A stretch of DNA of 248,000 nucleotides from Hyalangium minutum (GTDB lineage: Bacteria; Myxococcota; Myxococcia; Myxococcales; Myxococcaceae). Of the stretch, positions 158,808-169,841 are shown one piece after another. The stretch is from assembly GCF_000737315.1 (NCBI RefSeq), contig NZ_JMCB01000003.1, forward strand, positions 20,001-268,000, given 5' to 3'. The notes below the pieces were generated by a model, which was not told where the DNA came from, ran no database searches, and was given only the letters and a program-made list of their open reading frames with translations. Every line of letters begins with the position of its first letter. Positions within the stretch are counted from its first letter, which is position 1. The translations under genes were made by a program, and so were the position numbers.

Positions 158808-159539
158808 ATGGAGCGCACAGGAGCAGCGGCGGTCATCATCGGCAACGAGGTCCTCACCGCGAAGGTGGTGGACGCCAACGGGCCCCACCTCATCCGGAGG
158901 CTGAGGGAGACGGGCATTCCGCTGCGCTCGGTAGAGATCGTCACGGACGACGTGGATGCCATCGTCGACGCGGTGGTGCGGGCTCGTTCCCGGGCGGAGT
159001 ACGTCTTCACCAGCGGAGGCATTGGTCCCACGCATGATGACGTCACGGTGCGCGCGGTGGCGCTGGCGATGGGGCGCGAAGTGGTGCGGTTGCCGGAGAT
159101 GGTGGAGCTCATCCGCAACCGATACGATTCTGTGACCGGCGAGGCCATGCGTCTGGCGGACGCGCCTGAAGGCACAGTGCTGCTTCATCAAGAGGGTAGC
159201 TGGTTCCCCGTACTGACGGTGGACAAGGTTTTCCTGCTACCGGGGGTGCCGCAGCTCTTCCGGCTCCAGTTGGAGACGGTGCTGAAGCAACTTCAAGGGA
159301 CTCCGGTGTTCCTGCGCTGCCTCTACCTGCGGCTGGGCGAGAGCACCATCGCCGCGGTACTAGACCGGGTGGCGCTAGACATGCCGCACGTTGCCATCGG
159401 CTCCTACCCGGTGTTTGACGCGGAGCTGGACTACCGGGTCAAGGTGACGATCGAAGCCGCCGAGCTGGCGCAGGTGGAGGAGGCGCTGGCTCGCATCCGA
159501 GTCGGGCTGCCTGCGGACGCGGTGGTGAGAGCGGAGTAA
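158808..159539 (+). CDS. CinA-like molybdopterin-binding domain protein
   Basis: IIGNEVL, SGGIGPTHDDVT, LPGVP. Confidence 0.85.
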   Translation: MERTGAAAVIIGNEVLTAKVVDANGPHLIRRLRETGIPLRSVEIVTDDVDAIVDAVVRARSRAEYVFTSGGIGPTHDDVTVRAVALAMGREVVRLPEMVELIRNRYDSVTGEAMRLADAPEGTVLLHQEGSWFPVLTVDKVFLLPGVPQLFRLQLETVLKQLQGTPVFLRCLYLRLGESTIAAVLDRVALDMPHVAIGSYPVFDAELDYRVKVTIEAAELAQVEEALARIRVGLPADAVVRAE

Positions 159540-159552
159540 GCAACACAGTCTT

Positions 159553-161235
159553 CTACCGGCGTTTCTTGAGCCAGCGGGTCACGCTGACCTTCCGGAACCG
159601 GCTGCCGAACAGGTACCAGGTGAACGCGCCCCCTGCGAGCGCTGCTGCGAGGGCAATGGCCACGATGCCCAACACCGGCACACCGTCGTACATCCACGGC
159701 TTCGGCGCGAACGCAATGAATGTGCCCACAATGAACCCGCAGGCGCACAAGCCCAGGAACGCGATGATGGCCAGCGTCCGCAGGTTCTCGTTCAGCTTGT
159801 CGAACTGATCCTCGCGCAGCGTCACCGTGAACTTCCCGGCCTCCAGATCCAGCAGGATCTGCGAGAGCTGCGTCGGCAGGTCCGTGGCCAGCGACTGGAA
159901 CCGCAGCAGCGTCTTCATCAAGCCGCCCTGTAGCTGGCTCGGATCGTACCGCCCCGCCAGAAGTTCCTTCGCGTACGGCAGCACCACCTCGAGGATGTTC
160001 ATCTCAGGGTACAGGCTCCGGAGCATGCCCTCCGTCGACACCGACGCCCGGCTCAGCAGCGCGTACTCCTTCGGAATCCGGATCTTGTACTTCACCGCCA
160101 GGTCCAGCAGGTCTCTCAGCAGCGTCCGCGCGTCCACCTGTCCCAGCGTCGTCGGCAGGTGCTGACCCAGGATGCCCTCGATGTCGTTGCGGAACCCCAC
160201 GAGGTTCGCTCGCGAGTCCGGCACCCCCATCCGGTACAGGATGCGCGCCACCGAGTCGCTGTCCTTCAGCGCCACCGCCAGGCACAGCATCACCAGCGTC
160301 TCCTGCATCGGCTTCGTCAGCCGTCCCACCACCCCGAAGTCCAGCAGCGCCAGCCGGTTCCCCTCCAGCAGCAGGAGATTTCCCGGGTGCGGATCCCCAT
160401 GGAAGAGGCCGTCGTCGAACAGCTGCCGGAAGCTCGCCTCGATGATGTGCTTCGCGAGTTCTTTCCGTTCGTCCTCGGACAGCTTCGCCTGGCTGATCTT
160501 CACCCCGCGGATGAACTCCAGCGTCAGCACCTTCCGGCTCGACAGCTCGTCGTACACCCGGGGGATCTTCAGGTACGGCCGGTCCTCGTGGTTCGCCAGG
160601 AACGCCCGGATGTTCGAGGCCTCGTTCACGAAGTCCAGTTCCTCGTGAATCGCCTTGTCGAACTCGTCCACGATGCCCGTCGGCGTGTAGACGCCTGTCT
160701 CCTCGATGACCGCCTCCAGCAGGCGCGCCAGCGAGCGCAGCACCGTGAGATCCGAGTCGATCCGCTGCGAGATCCCCGGCCGCTGTACCTTCACCACCAC
160801 CTCGTCCCCCGACAGCGTCACGGCTCGATGCACCTGGGCGATCGAGGCCGCCGCCAGCGGGACGGGATCGATCGTCGCGAACAGGTCCTGCACCTCCTTG
160901 CCCAGGGACTCGCGGATCTGCTCGTGCACCTGCTCCAGCGGGATGGGCTCCACTTGATCCTGCAGCAGGGACAGCTCATCCACGAACTCGGCCGGCAGCA
161001 GGTCTCCGCGCGTGGACAGGATCTGCCCCAACTTCACGAACGTGGGGCCCAGATCGTTGAGCATCATCCGGAAGCGCCGCGCCGTCGACGCTCGCTGCGT
161101 TTCCGGCGACACCTCCACCTTCTCCCGGCGGCCCAGCATGCGCCACAGCCCGGCACGCTCTGCCACATCGGCGAAGCCAAACCGCGCCGCGATGACGGCG
161201 ATCTGACGGACTCGATTGAGGTCCTGGAGGATCAC
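159553..161235 (-). CDS. ABC1/UbiB atypical kinase
   Basis: LGPTFVKLGQILS, AASIAQVH, VKVQRP, HGDPHPGN, LDFG. Confidence 0.9.
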   Translation of the reverse strand: MILQDLNRVRQIAVIAARFGFADVAERAGLWRMLGRREKVEVSPETQRASTARRFRMMLNDLGPTFVKLGQILSTRGDLLPAEFVDELSLLQDQVEPIPLEQVHEQIRESLGKEVQDLFATIDPVPLAAASIAQVHRAVTLSGDEVVVKVQRPGISQRIDSDLTVLRSLARLLEAVIEETGVYTPTGIVDEFDKAIHEELDFVNEASNIRAFLANHEDRPYLKIPRVYDELSSRKVLTLEFIRGVKISQAKLSEDERKELAKHIIEASFRQLFDDGLFHGDPHPGNLLLLEGNRLALLDFGVVGRLTKPMQETLVMLCLAVALKDSDSVARILYRMGVPDSRANLVGFRNDIEGILGQHLPTTLGQVDARTLLRDLLDLAVKYKIRIPKEYALLSRASVSTEGMLRSLYPEMNILEVVLPYAKELLAGRYDPSQLQGGLMKTLLRFQSLATDLPTQLSQILLDLEAGKFTVTLREDQFDKLNENLRTLAIIAFLGLCACGFIVGTFIAFAPKPWMYDGVPVLGIVAIALAAALAGGAFTWYLFGSRFRKVSVTRWLKKRR

Positions 161236-161548
161236 GCGCCGTGCACCTTCCCACGGGCTCGCAGCGCCCGCAAACGGTCAGATTCACACAGGGCAGGCGA
161301 GTGCGCGGAATTGCTCAACGGCTACCGGTTCACAGCGGGCTCCAGGTACGGGGCACCCCAGTCTGGGCTCACAGGTCGCGGGCCCCTCGGCTCGGCGCGG
161401 GTCCCCCCGTCAGCGGACGGGTCCTCCCGCGCCGGCCGTCCCGCTCTCCCTCGGTCCACGGGATGTGGGCACACCGTTGTTCCGGAGTGGCCGCGTTCCT
161501 ACCATGGCCCCCTGGGCTCCCGGCTGTACGGAAGGACGGCACGCAACG

Positions 161549-162214
161549 ATGCGGTGGCTCTCGTGGCTCACTCAGCACCAGCTCGGACGGCTCGTCTCCG
161601 CCGTTGCCATCATTTTTGCCAGCATCCGCTGCTACGCCTGGCTCAACCGCCTCCTGCCGCCTCGCTTCGACTTCACCACACCCCTCGACACCGCCATCCC
161701 GTTCCTGCCCTGGACCTATCACCTGTACTGGAGCTTCTTCCTGCTCCTCCTCGTCGCGGCCTGGCAGCTTCGCTCCGATGAGTACGCCCGGAGTCTGCGG
161801 GCTGTCCTCTGGGTCGTCCTCGTCTGCTTCTCCGGCTTCGTTCTCTTCTCTGCCCACTACCCACGCCCAGACGTCGACACCATCGCCTCCCCGTTCTGGC
161901 GCGAGGAGTTCCGGTGGATGTGGGGCCATGACAAGCCCGGCAACACCTTCCCCAGCCTTCATGTGGCCATCACCGTCCTCGGCACCCGCATCCTCTGGCG
162001 CCGCAGGAGGAGCCTCCTCTGGATCCTGTGGGCCACGATCATCTGCCTCTCCACTCTGACCGTGAAGCAGCACTTCATCGTGGATGTCCTCGGCGGGGCC
162101 CTGGTGGGCCTCGCCGTCCATACGCGGGTGTTCCGAGAGAAGGCTTCGTCACCCGATCAGGCTGGCGAGGGCGCCGCCACCTTCGGCGCAGGGCCGAAGC
162201 GCAGCAGCAGGTAG
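161549..162214 (+). CDS. PAP2-family phosphatase-like membrane protein
   Basis: FPSLHV, KQHF..DV..G. Confidence 0.75.
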   Translation: MRWLSWLTQHQLGRLVSAVAIIFASIRCYAWLNRLLPPRFDFTTPLDTAIPFLPWTYHLYWSFFLLLLVAAWQLRSDEYARSLRAVLWVVLVCFSGFVLFSAHYPRPDVDTIASPFWREEFRWMWGHDKPGNTFPSLHVAITVLGTRILWRRRRSLLWILWATIICLSTLTVKQHFIVDVLGGALVGLAVHTRVFREKASSPDQAGEGAATFGAGPKRSSR

Positions 162215-163497
162215 CCCACCACCGCCGACAGCAACGAGCCCAGCAGGATTCCCAGCTTGGCCTCGGCCAGCAGGTTCGGATCGCTCGGGAACGCCAGTGT
162301 CGCCACGAAGAGCGCCACCGTGAACCCAATGCCCGCCACCACCGCCACCCCGTGCAGCTGTGAAACCCTCGACCCTCCAGGGAGCGGTGACACCCCCACC
162401 TTCACCGCCACGTAGGTGAACAGGAAGATCCCGACCTGCTTGCCCACGAACAGCCCCACGATGATTCCCAATGGCAGCGGCTTGGCCAGGTCCGCCAGCG
162501 ACATGCCCTCCAGCGAAATCCCCGAGTTCGCCAGCGCGAACAGCGGCACGATCCCGTATGCCACGTATCCGTGCCACAGGTGCACGAAGCGGTTCAGTGG
162601 CGGCTCGATGTCCTCCAACTGCTCCTCGATGTAGAGCAACTGCGCGCTGCGCACCGCCTCGTCCTCGGGCTCCTCCACGCACCGGGTGATGTAGGAGGAC
162701 AGCTCGGTGAGGACCTCCCGCCCCCGGCGTACCGGTACCGCCGGGATGAACATCCCCAGCATCACCCCCGACAGCGTCGCGTGGATCCCTCCGTGGTGCA
162801 TCGCGTACCAGAGCACTCCGCCAAGCAGCAGGTACACCATGCCGTTGCGCACGTAGAACCGGTTGCACACCGCCAGCACCACCGCCACGCCCCCCGCCGC
162901 CATCAGCCACTCCCCGTGGAGCCCTGTCCCGTAGAAGAGCGCGATCACGATGATGCCGCCGATGTCGTCGAAGATCGCCAACGCCGTCAGGAACACCACC
163001 AGCGCGTGTGACACCCGCGCCCGCACCAGCGTCAGGCACCCAATCGAGAACGCAATGTCCGTTGCCATCGGGATCGCCCAGCCTGCCGCCGCTGGCGTCC
163101 CCGCGTTGAAGATCAGGTACAGCCCCGCAGGCACCAGCATGCCCCCCAACGCCGCGATCAGCGGCAGCAGCGCCCTCGCCGGCGTGCGCAGCTCTCCGGC
163201 GGACAGCTCTCGCTTGATCTCCATCCCCACCAGGAAGAAGAACAGCGTCATCAGCCCGTCGTTGATGAACTCCCGGAACGTGAACGCCCCGCGCGACCCG
163301 GACAGCTCCAGCGCCATCGGCGCGTCGAACAGCCCCGTGTAGCTCGAAGCCCAGGGCGAGTTGGCCCACACCATGGCCGCCACCGCGCACAGCGCCAGGA
163401 TGATGCCGCTGCTGGCCTCCAGCCGGAAGAAGGCCTGGAGCGGCGCGATCGCGACCTTGAAGAGGGCAGGGACAGGGGGGGGCGGGCGTGGCTCCAT
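162157..163497 (-). CDS. nhaA: Na+/H+ antiporter NhaA
   Basis: INDGLM, GWAIPMATDIAF, AIFDDIG, GIGFT. Confidence 0.95.
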   Translation of the reverse strand: MEPRPPPPVPALFKVAIAPLQAFFRLEASSGIILALCAVAAMVWANSPWASSYTGLFDAPMALELSGSRGAFTFREFINDGLMTLFFFLVGMEIKRELSAGELRTPARALLPLIAALGGMLVPAGLYLIFNAGTPAAAGWAIPMATDIAFSIGCLTLVRARVSHALVVFLTALAIFDDIGGIIVIALFYGTGLHGEWLMAAGGVAVVLAVCNRFYVRNGMVYLLLGGVLWYAMHHGGIHATLSGVMLGMFIPAVPVRRGREVLTELSSYITRCVEEPEDEAVRSAQLLYIEEQLEDIEPPLNRFVHLWHGYVAYGIVPLFALANSGISLEGMSLADLAKPLPLGIIVGLFVGKQVGIFLFTYVAVKVGVSPLPGGSRVSQLHGVAVVAGIGFTVALFVATLAFPSDPNLLAEAKLGILLGSLLSAVVGYLLLRFGPAPKVAAPSPA

Positions 163498-163641
163498 AGG
163501 GGGGGTAGGTTGCCCTCCTGCCTGCCGTGCGGAAACCGATTTCGACACCCATGAACTGACGACGTCCACCGGGGGTGTTACAGGTGCGTTTCAGGTGACG
163601 TAAGGGGTAGGACGCTCGCGCGTTGATCCTGGGCGCGGGGC

Positions 163642-166419
163642 GTGAGAGAAGGGGAAATCATGGGTGGAACGCAGGTGAAGACAGCCAAGGGCGCCAGCGC
163701 CGAAGTCGCTCCAGAATCCAACCTGGAGGGTATGGAAGCCAAGGCCGAGCCAACGGGGGCACGGGAGATTGCCTCCCTGACCCCCATGATGCGCCAGTAT
163801 CTGGAGCTCAAGGCGCTCCACCCGGACACCATCCTCTTCTTCCGGCTCGGGGACTTCTACGAGATGTTCTTCGAGGACGCCATCCGCGCCTCGGAGTTGC
163901 TCCAGATCACCCTCACCGCGCGCGCCAAGGGCAGTGAGAAGGTGCCCATGTGCGGCGTGCCCTACCACTCGGCCCGCCGCTACATCGCCCGCCTCATCGA
164001 GCAGGGGCTCAAGGTCGCCATCTGCGAGCAGATGGAGGAGCCCGGCAATGGCCCCGGCATCGTCAAGCGCGAGGTGACGCGCATCATCACCCCCGGCATG
164101 GTGCTGGACGAGGAAGTGCTCGAGCCGCGCGCCAGCAACTTCCTGGCTGCCGTGCACTGGGCCGAGCGGGGCTTCGGCGCCGCCCTGCTCGAGGCCTCGA
164201 CCGGCGAGTTCTTCTCCGTGGAGGTGGCCACCGCCCAGGAGCTGGTGGAAGCCCTGTCTCGCGTGGACCCTCGCGAGCTGCTCGTGCCCGAGGGGCAGCG
164301 GTCTGCGGCCGAGGTGGCCTTCCTCACCGCGCGTCTGCCTCGCACCCCTTCGGTGACAGAGCTGGACAAGGCCGCCTTCGAGGCTCCGCGTGCGGCGCTC
164401 TATCTGAAGGGCCATTTCTCGGTGGCCTCGCTGGAGGCCTTCGGGCTGGCGGATGCGCCCCTGGCCACCGGCGCGGCGGGCGCGGCCCTGCGCTACCTCA
164501 AGGACACCCAGAAGACGAACGCCGCGCACGTGGATCGGCTGAGCCGCCTGGAGCGCGCCGGGCATCTGCTCATGGACGAGTCCTCGCGCTCCAACCTGGA
164601 GGTGCTCAAGACGCTCCGGGATGGCGCTCGCAAGGGGAGCCTCCTGGGCGTGCTGGACCGCACTGCTACCAGCATGGGCGGCCGCAAGCTGGCTCGCTGG
164701 CTTGCCGCGCCCCTGTGTGCCCTGCCGGAGATCCATGCCCGTCTGGATGCCGTGGAGGAGCTGGCTCAGAAGAGCGTCTGGCGCGAGGAACTCACCACGC
164801 TCCTCAAGGAGGTCGCGGACCTGGAGCGGCTGTGCGGACGGCTCTCGCTCGGGGCCGGCAATGCTCGCGATCTGCGAGCCCTGGCCGTGTCGCTCGCGCA
164901 GCTGCCCAAGCTGTCCGCCGCGCTCGCTCGGTGCTCGGCACCGCTGCTCAAGGCCCTGGCGGGTCCGCTGAGCGCTCTGCCGGAGCTGGCAGAGCTTCTT
165001 CTGCGAGCCGTGGTGGATGAGCCGCCGGTGACGATCAAGGAGGGTGGCCTGTTCCGCCAGGGCTTCCACGCAGAGCTGGATGAGCTGGTGGCGCTGTCCA
165101 CCTCCGGCAAGGACTACCTGCTGAAGCTCGAGGCGCGGGAGCGGGAGCGGACGAAGATCTCCTCGCTCAAGGTCCGCTACAACAAGGTGTTCGGGTACTT
165201 CATCGAGGTGACGAACAGCAACAAGCACCTGGTGCCCAAGGACTACATCCGCAAGCAGACCACGGTGGGGGGCGAGCGCTTCATCACCCCCGAGCTCAAG
165301 GAGTACGAGGAGAAGGTCCTCACCGCAGAGGAGCGTCGCTGCGCGCTGGAGCTTCGCCTCTTCGAGGAGCTGCGGGCCCAGGTGGTTGCCGCCGCCCCGC
165401 GTATCCGCTCGGCCGCCGAGGCCGTGGCCACCAGCGATGCGCTCCTGTCCTTTGCGCGCTGCTCCGCGGAGTACGGCTACATCCGGCCCGTGGTGGATGA
165501 CTCGGACGTGTTCTCCATCACCGCCGGGCGCCATCCCGTGGTCGAGCGCGTGCTGAGCGCGGGCGAGTCCTTCGTCCCCAATGACGTGCAGATGAGCTCG
165601 GGCGAGGCGCAGATCCTCGTCATCACCGGTCCGAACATGGCCGGTAAGAGCACGGTGATGCGGCAGGTGGCGCTCACGGTGCTCATGGCCCAGGCGGGTT
165701 GCTTCGTCCCGGCCAAGGCGGCGCACATTGGCCTATGCGATCGGATCTTCACCCGCGTGGGCGCCGCGGACAATCTGGCGCGCGGACAGTCCACGTTCAT
165801 GGTGGAGATGACGGAGACGAGCCACATCCTTCACCACGCCACGCGCAAGAGCATCGTGATCCTGGACGAGATCGGCCGTGGCACCTCCACGTTCGATGGG
165901 CTCTCCATTGCCTGGGCAGTGGCTGAGCACATCCACGACAAGCTCGGCGCGCGCACGCTGTTCGCCACGCACTACCACGAGCTGGTGGACCTGGCCCGAG
166001 AGAAGCCTCGGGTGAAGAACCTGTGCATCGCGGTCAAGGAGCACGGTGGCAAGGTGCTCTTCCTGCGCAAGCTGGTGCCCGGCGGTGCGAACCGTTCCTA
166101 CGGCATCGAGGTGGCCAAGCTGGCCGGCTTGCCCCAGGAGGTGGTGGCCCGCGCTCGGGACATCCTCCAGAACCTGGAGTCCGGGGAGCTGGATGAGGCA
166201 GGGCGTCCTCGCGCTGCGGTCCGCCGGGGTTCCCGCGTGGCGGCTGGGCAGCTCGGGCTCTTCGGGGGAGAGGCGAGTGGGGGAGCAACGCCGGAGGTTC
166301 CCGCTGTACCCCCCGCGCAGCAGAAGGTGCTGGATGCGCTGCGCAACACCTCGCTGGACACCACCACGCCGCTGGAGGCCCTCAACCTCCTGGCACGGCT
166401 CCAGAAGGAGTTGAAGTAA
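163642..166419 (+). CDS. mutS: DNA mismatch repair protein MutS
   Basis: TPMMRQY, GDFYEMF, GPNMAGKS, STFMVE, DEIGRGTS, RSYGI.VA. Confidence 0.97.
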   Translation: MREGEIMGGTQVKTAKGASAEVAPESNLEGMEAKAEPTGAREIASLTPMMRQYLELKALHPDTILFFRLGDFYEMFFEDAIRASELLQITLTARAKGSEKVPMCGVPYHSARRYIARLIEQGLKVAICEQMEEPGNGPGIVKREVTRIITPGMVLDEEVLEPRASNFLAAVHWAERGFGAALLEASTGEFFSVEVATAQELVEALSRVDPRELLVPEGQRSAAEVAFLTARLPRTPSVTELDKAAFEAPRAALYLKGHFSVASLEAFGLADAPLATGAAGAALRYLKDTQKTNAAHVDRLSRLERAGHLLMDESSRSNLEVLKTLRDGARKGSLLGVLDRTATSMGGRKLARWLAAPLCALPEIHARLDAVEELAQKSVWREELTTLLKEVADLERLCGRLSLGAGNARDLRALAVSLAQLPKLSAALARCSAPLLKALAGPLSALPELAELLLRAVVDEPPVTIKEGGLFRQGFHAELDELVALSTSGKDYLLKLEARERERTKISSLKVRYNKVFGYFIEVTNSNKHLVPKDYIRKQTTVGGERFITPELKEYEEKVLTAEERRCALELRLFEELRAQVVAAAPRIRSAAEAVATSDALLSFARCSAEYGYIRPVVDDSDVFSITAGRHPVVERVLSAGESFVPNDVQMSSGEAQILVITGPNMAGKSTVMRQVALTVLMAQAGCFVPAKAAHIGLCDRIFTRVGAADNLARGQSTFMVEMTETSHILHHATRKSIVILDEIGRGTSTFDGLSIAWAVAEHIHDKLGARTLFATHYHELVDLAREKPRVKNLCIAVKEHGGKVLFLRKLVPGGANRSYGIEVAKLAGLPQEVVARARDILQNLESGELDEAGRPRAAVRRGSRVAAGQLGLFGGEASGGATPEVPAVPPAQQKVLDALRNTSLDTTTPLEALNLLARLQKELK

Positions 166420-166446
166420 AAGGGGGCGAGCCAAGGAGGCCGCCTC

Positions 166447-167211
166447 GTGCAGTTCGCCATTCCTCACGCGCCCCGGCGTGTCCGCTTTTCCCAGGTGCCC
166501 GGCGCCGTGGGAAGGCTGGTGCGCACTGTCATCCTTGGGCTCCTGTTCATGGCCGTTGTCGGCGCGGGGGCTGCCTTCGCTGGGCGCTTCTTCATCAAGG
166601 AGCGCGACTTCTTCGCTCGGGCCGAGGAGGTGGAGGGGTTCGTCGCGAGCAGCAAGCTGCCGCCCCCGGAGAAGCGTGTCGACGCTGAAGCCACCCTGGA
166701 GGTGCTCTACAGCGTCGACGAGCGGCAATACACCGTGAACGGCGTGCGCACCGCCGCTGAGTACGCCGAGGGGCTCGGCCGGGGCGCACAGGTGAAGCTG
166801 CTCGTGGACCCGAGCCAGCCGGACAAGCCCCGCGAGGCTCAGTTCGCTCGTGCACAGTCCGGTGCCATCAACCTGCTCCCGTGGGGGTTGGGTGTTGGGG
166901 CGCTCGGCGCCGTGGTCCTGTTCCTGCGCGAGCTGCGCCGCACCATCCGCGCCGAGCTCGAGCCCCTGCGCCGGGGTGATCTGGTCTGGCTCACGCCGGA
167001 TGGGCCTCTGCCTGAGACTCGCAGCGAGACCGTCTTCCCCGCCTCCTACTACCGCAAGGATGTGAAGCACGCCGTCCGCGCCCGCGCCCGCCCGGGCCGC
167101 GCCCCGGTGCGCAATGGAGCCAAGGTGCTCGCCGCGGTGATCCCCCGCGAGCAGGACTGGGTCCGCGTCATCGACGAGGATCTGGCCCGTACCCTCGGCT
167201 GGATTCGTTGA
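166447..167211 (+). CDS. DUF3592-like membrane protein
   Basis: TM-beta-TM layout. Confidence 0.5.
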   Translation: MQFAIPHAPRRVRFSQVPGAVGRLVRTVILGLLFMAVVGAGAAFAGRFFIKERDFFARAEEVEGFVASSKLPPPEKRVDAEATLEVLYSVDERQYTVNGVRTAAEYAEGLGRGAQVKLLVDPSQPDKPREAQFARAQSGAINLLPWGLGVGALGAVVLFLRELRRTIRAELEPLRRGDLVWLTPDGPLPETRSETVFPASYYRKDVKHAVRARARPGRAPVRNGAKVLAAVIPREQDWVRVIDEDLARTLGWIR

Positions 167212-167289
167212 GCCGCGAGGGCAGGGGAGAACCGAAAATTTGCGGGTGCAAGGAGCCCATGACACACATCTGTAGCTGTCGATCCCCGT

Positions 167290-169002
167290 GTGTCCGGAGG
167301 CTTCATGCGCGCTCGCCTCGCCCTCTTCCTGCTGCTGCTGTCGAGTGTCGCCTCCGCGGCGAAGCGGGATGCGGCCGAAGAGGCCTACCAGGAGGCGCGC
167401 ACGGCCTACTACGTCCTCAAGGGAGACGCAGTGCGGCGCAAGCTGCGCCACCACTGGCTCAACGTCGCCCGCCGCTTCGAGGCCGTCGCCACCGACCACC
167501 CCAAGAGCCCTCGCGCACCAGACGCCCTCTTCACCGCCGGCGAGCTGATGAACGAGCTGAGCCGGATCTCCTTCCTCCTGGAGGATCTCCAGTCCGCCGC
167601 GGGCGACTACTCGAAGGTTGTCGAGAACCACCCGCGTCACCGCCTCGCGGATGACGCCGCGCTCTCGCTGGCCCGCATCTATCTGGATCGCCTGGACCAC
167701 CCCGATGCCGCTCGCCGCGTCATCACCGACAGCCTCGCCAACAACAGCAAGGGTGACCGGGCCCGTGAGCTGAAGGAACTGCTGGCCTCGCTGCCCACGC
167801 CCAAGACGCCGCCCCCTCCCGCTCGCAAGCCCGCCGCGCCCGCTGTTGCCGAGGCGGCTCCTGCTCCCGCTGCGCAGCCGGATGCGTCCAAGGCGGGAAC
167901 ATCGCTGGTGGATGCCATCTCCAAGCTGGCGCGTGAGTCGGGACCCACCAACGCGGCTCCTGCCCCCGAGGCTCAGGATTCCAAGGCCAGCAGCGAGGCT
168001 CCGCGCGTCGTCGTCATCACCCCGATGAAGACGGCTGAGGCGCCCGTGCCCACCGCGAAGGACTCGAAGGTGGCGGCCACGCCCGCCGCTCCGGCCAGTG
168101 CGCCCGCCCCGGTGGCGGTGACGCTGCCCTCCAAGCCGAAGACCGAGCCGGTCGCTGTCTCCGTGGTGAAGTCTGCTCCCGAGCCCACCGTGGTGCCCGT
168201 GAAGCCCGCGCCCTCCAATCCCGTCCTGGACCCGCACATCGCCGAGGCTCGGATGAAGACCGCCGCGAAGCTGTCGCGCCGCGCGGAGCTGACGCTCGTC
168301 GAGCAGCTCGGCCTCAAGGTCCGCCGCGTCATCATCGATCCCGGCCACGGGGGCCACGACACGGGCGCCATCGGGAAGAACGGGACGCGCGAGAAGGACA
168401 TCACCCTGGCCATCTCCCTGAAGCTCGCCGAGGAGCTCAAGGAGCGCGGCCTGGAGGTCATCCTCACCCGCGAGGACGATCACTACGTCCGGCTCGAGGA
168501 TCGCGCCCAGTTCGCCAATGAGTCCCGCGGCGACCTGTTCATCTCCATCCACTGCAACTCCGCCGCGAGCTCCAAGCTCCACGGCGTGGAGACGTACACG
168601 CTCAACATCTCCGCGGATCGCTACTCCATCCGGCTCGCCGCGCGCGAGAACGCCTCCACCGAGAAGGGCATCAGCGATCTCCAGTTCATCCTCGCGGACC
168701 TGGCCACCAAGGCGAACACCGGCGAGTCCACCCGCCTGGCCTCCCAGGTCCAGAAGAGCCTCGTGGGCCAGCTGTCCAAGGAGTATTCGGACATCAAGGA
168801 TCTGGGCAACAAGGAGGCGCTCTTCTACGTGCTGCTCGGCGTCAAGATGCCCGCGATCCTCGTGGAGACCGCCTTCCTGTCCCACTCCGAGGAGGAGCAG
168901 CGCCTGGGCTCCGAGGCGTACCAGGACAGCGTGGCTCAGGCGATCGCCCAGGGCGTGGAGGAGTTCCTCGGGGATCGCAACAAGCTGGCCAAGGTCGATT
169001 GA
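167290..169002 (+). CDS. N-acetylmuramoyl-L-alanine amidase (AmiC-like) with N-terminal TPR
   Basis: IDPGHGG.D.GA, SIHCN, AARENA, PAILVE. Confidence 0.9.
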   Translation: MSGGFMRARLALFLLLLSSVASAAKRDAAEEAYQEARTAYYVLKGDAVRRKLRHHWLNVARRFEAVATDHPKSPRAPDALFTAGELMNELSRISFLLEDLQSAAGDYSKVVENHPRHRLADDAALSLARIYLDRLDHPDAARRVITDSLANNSKGDRARELKELLASLPTPKTPPPPARKPAAPAVAEAAPAPAAQPDASKAGTSLVDAISKLARESGPTNAAPAPEAQDSKASSEAPRVVVITPMKTAEAPVPTAKDSKVAATPAAPASAPAPVAVTLPSKPKTEPVAVSVVKSAPEPTVVPVKPAPSNPVLDPHIAEARMKTAAKLSRRAELTLVEQLGLKVRRVIIDPGHGGHDTGAIGKNGTREKDITLAISLKLAEELKERGLEVILTREDDHYVRLEDRAQFANESRGDLFISIHCNSAASSKLHGVETYTLNISADRYSIRLAARENASTEKGISDLQFILADLATKANTGESTRLASQVQKSLVGQLSKEYSDIKDLGNKEALFYVLLGVKMPAILVETAFLSHSEEEQRLGSEAYQDSVAQAIAQGVEEFLGDRNKLAKVD

Positions 169003-169046
169003 CCGGCGAGTGAGGCCCCTCCGCCGGTCCCTCGGCCCTCGCGTCC

Positions 169047-169841
169047 TCACGAGATGGACGGCAGCCCGTCCTTGCGGTTCAGCGAGAAGTCGTGAGGCGT
169101 GGAGGGAGCCGGAGGAGGCTCGGGCAGCTGCGGCTCCGGTCGCGGCATGGGGACCGGCGCGTTGAGATCCCTGTACACGCGGCGGCCGAGGAAGGCCCCC
169201 AGCACCAGCGAGATGAACAGACCGATGCCGGACACCAGGGTCATGATCGTCCGCCCCTGGGCCAGTCCACTCCCGAACTGCACGATGAGGAACGTGCCGG
169301 GCAGAGTGCCGACCATGATTCCCGCGATGGACGGCCAGAAGCGCGCCCCCGAGGCCGCCGCCGCCGCCAGCATCATGTCCGTGGGCAGCAGCGGGTTGAT
169401 GCAGGTGAGCAGGGCAAACTGGAAGTCATGCTTGCTCGCGGCGCGGGACAGCGCCTCGTAGTGCTCGCCGGCCAGGCGCTTCATCGGCCGTACGCCCAGC
169501 TTCCGGGCAATCCCGAACACCACGGTCGACGCCAGGAAGCTCCCGATCAGCGCATAGACCGTGCCCATCAGCGTGCCGAACACCATGCCGCCTACTGCGG
169601 CGAACAGCGTGCCCGGCAAGAGCGTCAGCGGGCGGAGGGCCAGGGCAAACAGGTACGCGAACGGGGCGGCCTTGCCCATGGGCTCAATGAAGTCGCGGAG
169701 CTGGCGCTGGTCGATGACATCCGGTCCCAGCAACCTCAGCAGCAGCAACCCGCCAATGGACGCCCCCACGGGTGCCAGGACGCGCAGCCACTTCTTCACC
169801 CCGCCTTTCACGCTCCACCTCCCCGACATGGACCGACACAA
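169047..169841 (-). CDS. TVP38/TMEM64 (DedA) membrane protein
   Basis: LPG..F..VGG..FG, G.LPG. Confidence 0.8.
   Translation of the reverse strand: MCRSMSGRWSVKGGVKKWLRVLAPVGASIGGLLLLRLLGPDVIDQRQLRDFIEPMGKAAPFAYLFALALRPLTLLPGTLFAAVGGMVFGTLMGTVYALIGSFLASTVVFGIARKLGVRPMKRLAGEHYEALSRAASKHDFQFALLTCINPLLPTDMMLAAAAASGARFWPSIAGIMVGTLPGTFLIVQFGSGLAQGRTIMTLVSGIGLFISLVLGAFLGRRVYRDLNAPVPMPRPEPQLPEPPPAPSTPHDFSLNRKDGLPSIS

Noticed and set aside
163498-163560. nhaA-I-type (Li+/Na+) riboswitch upstream of nhaA (AUGGGUGUC...GGCAGG)
   Set aside because: Only a partial resemblance to the consensus as I recall it; needs cmsearch.
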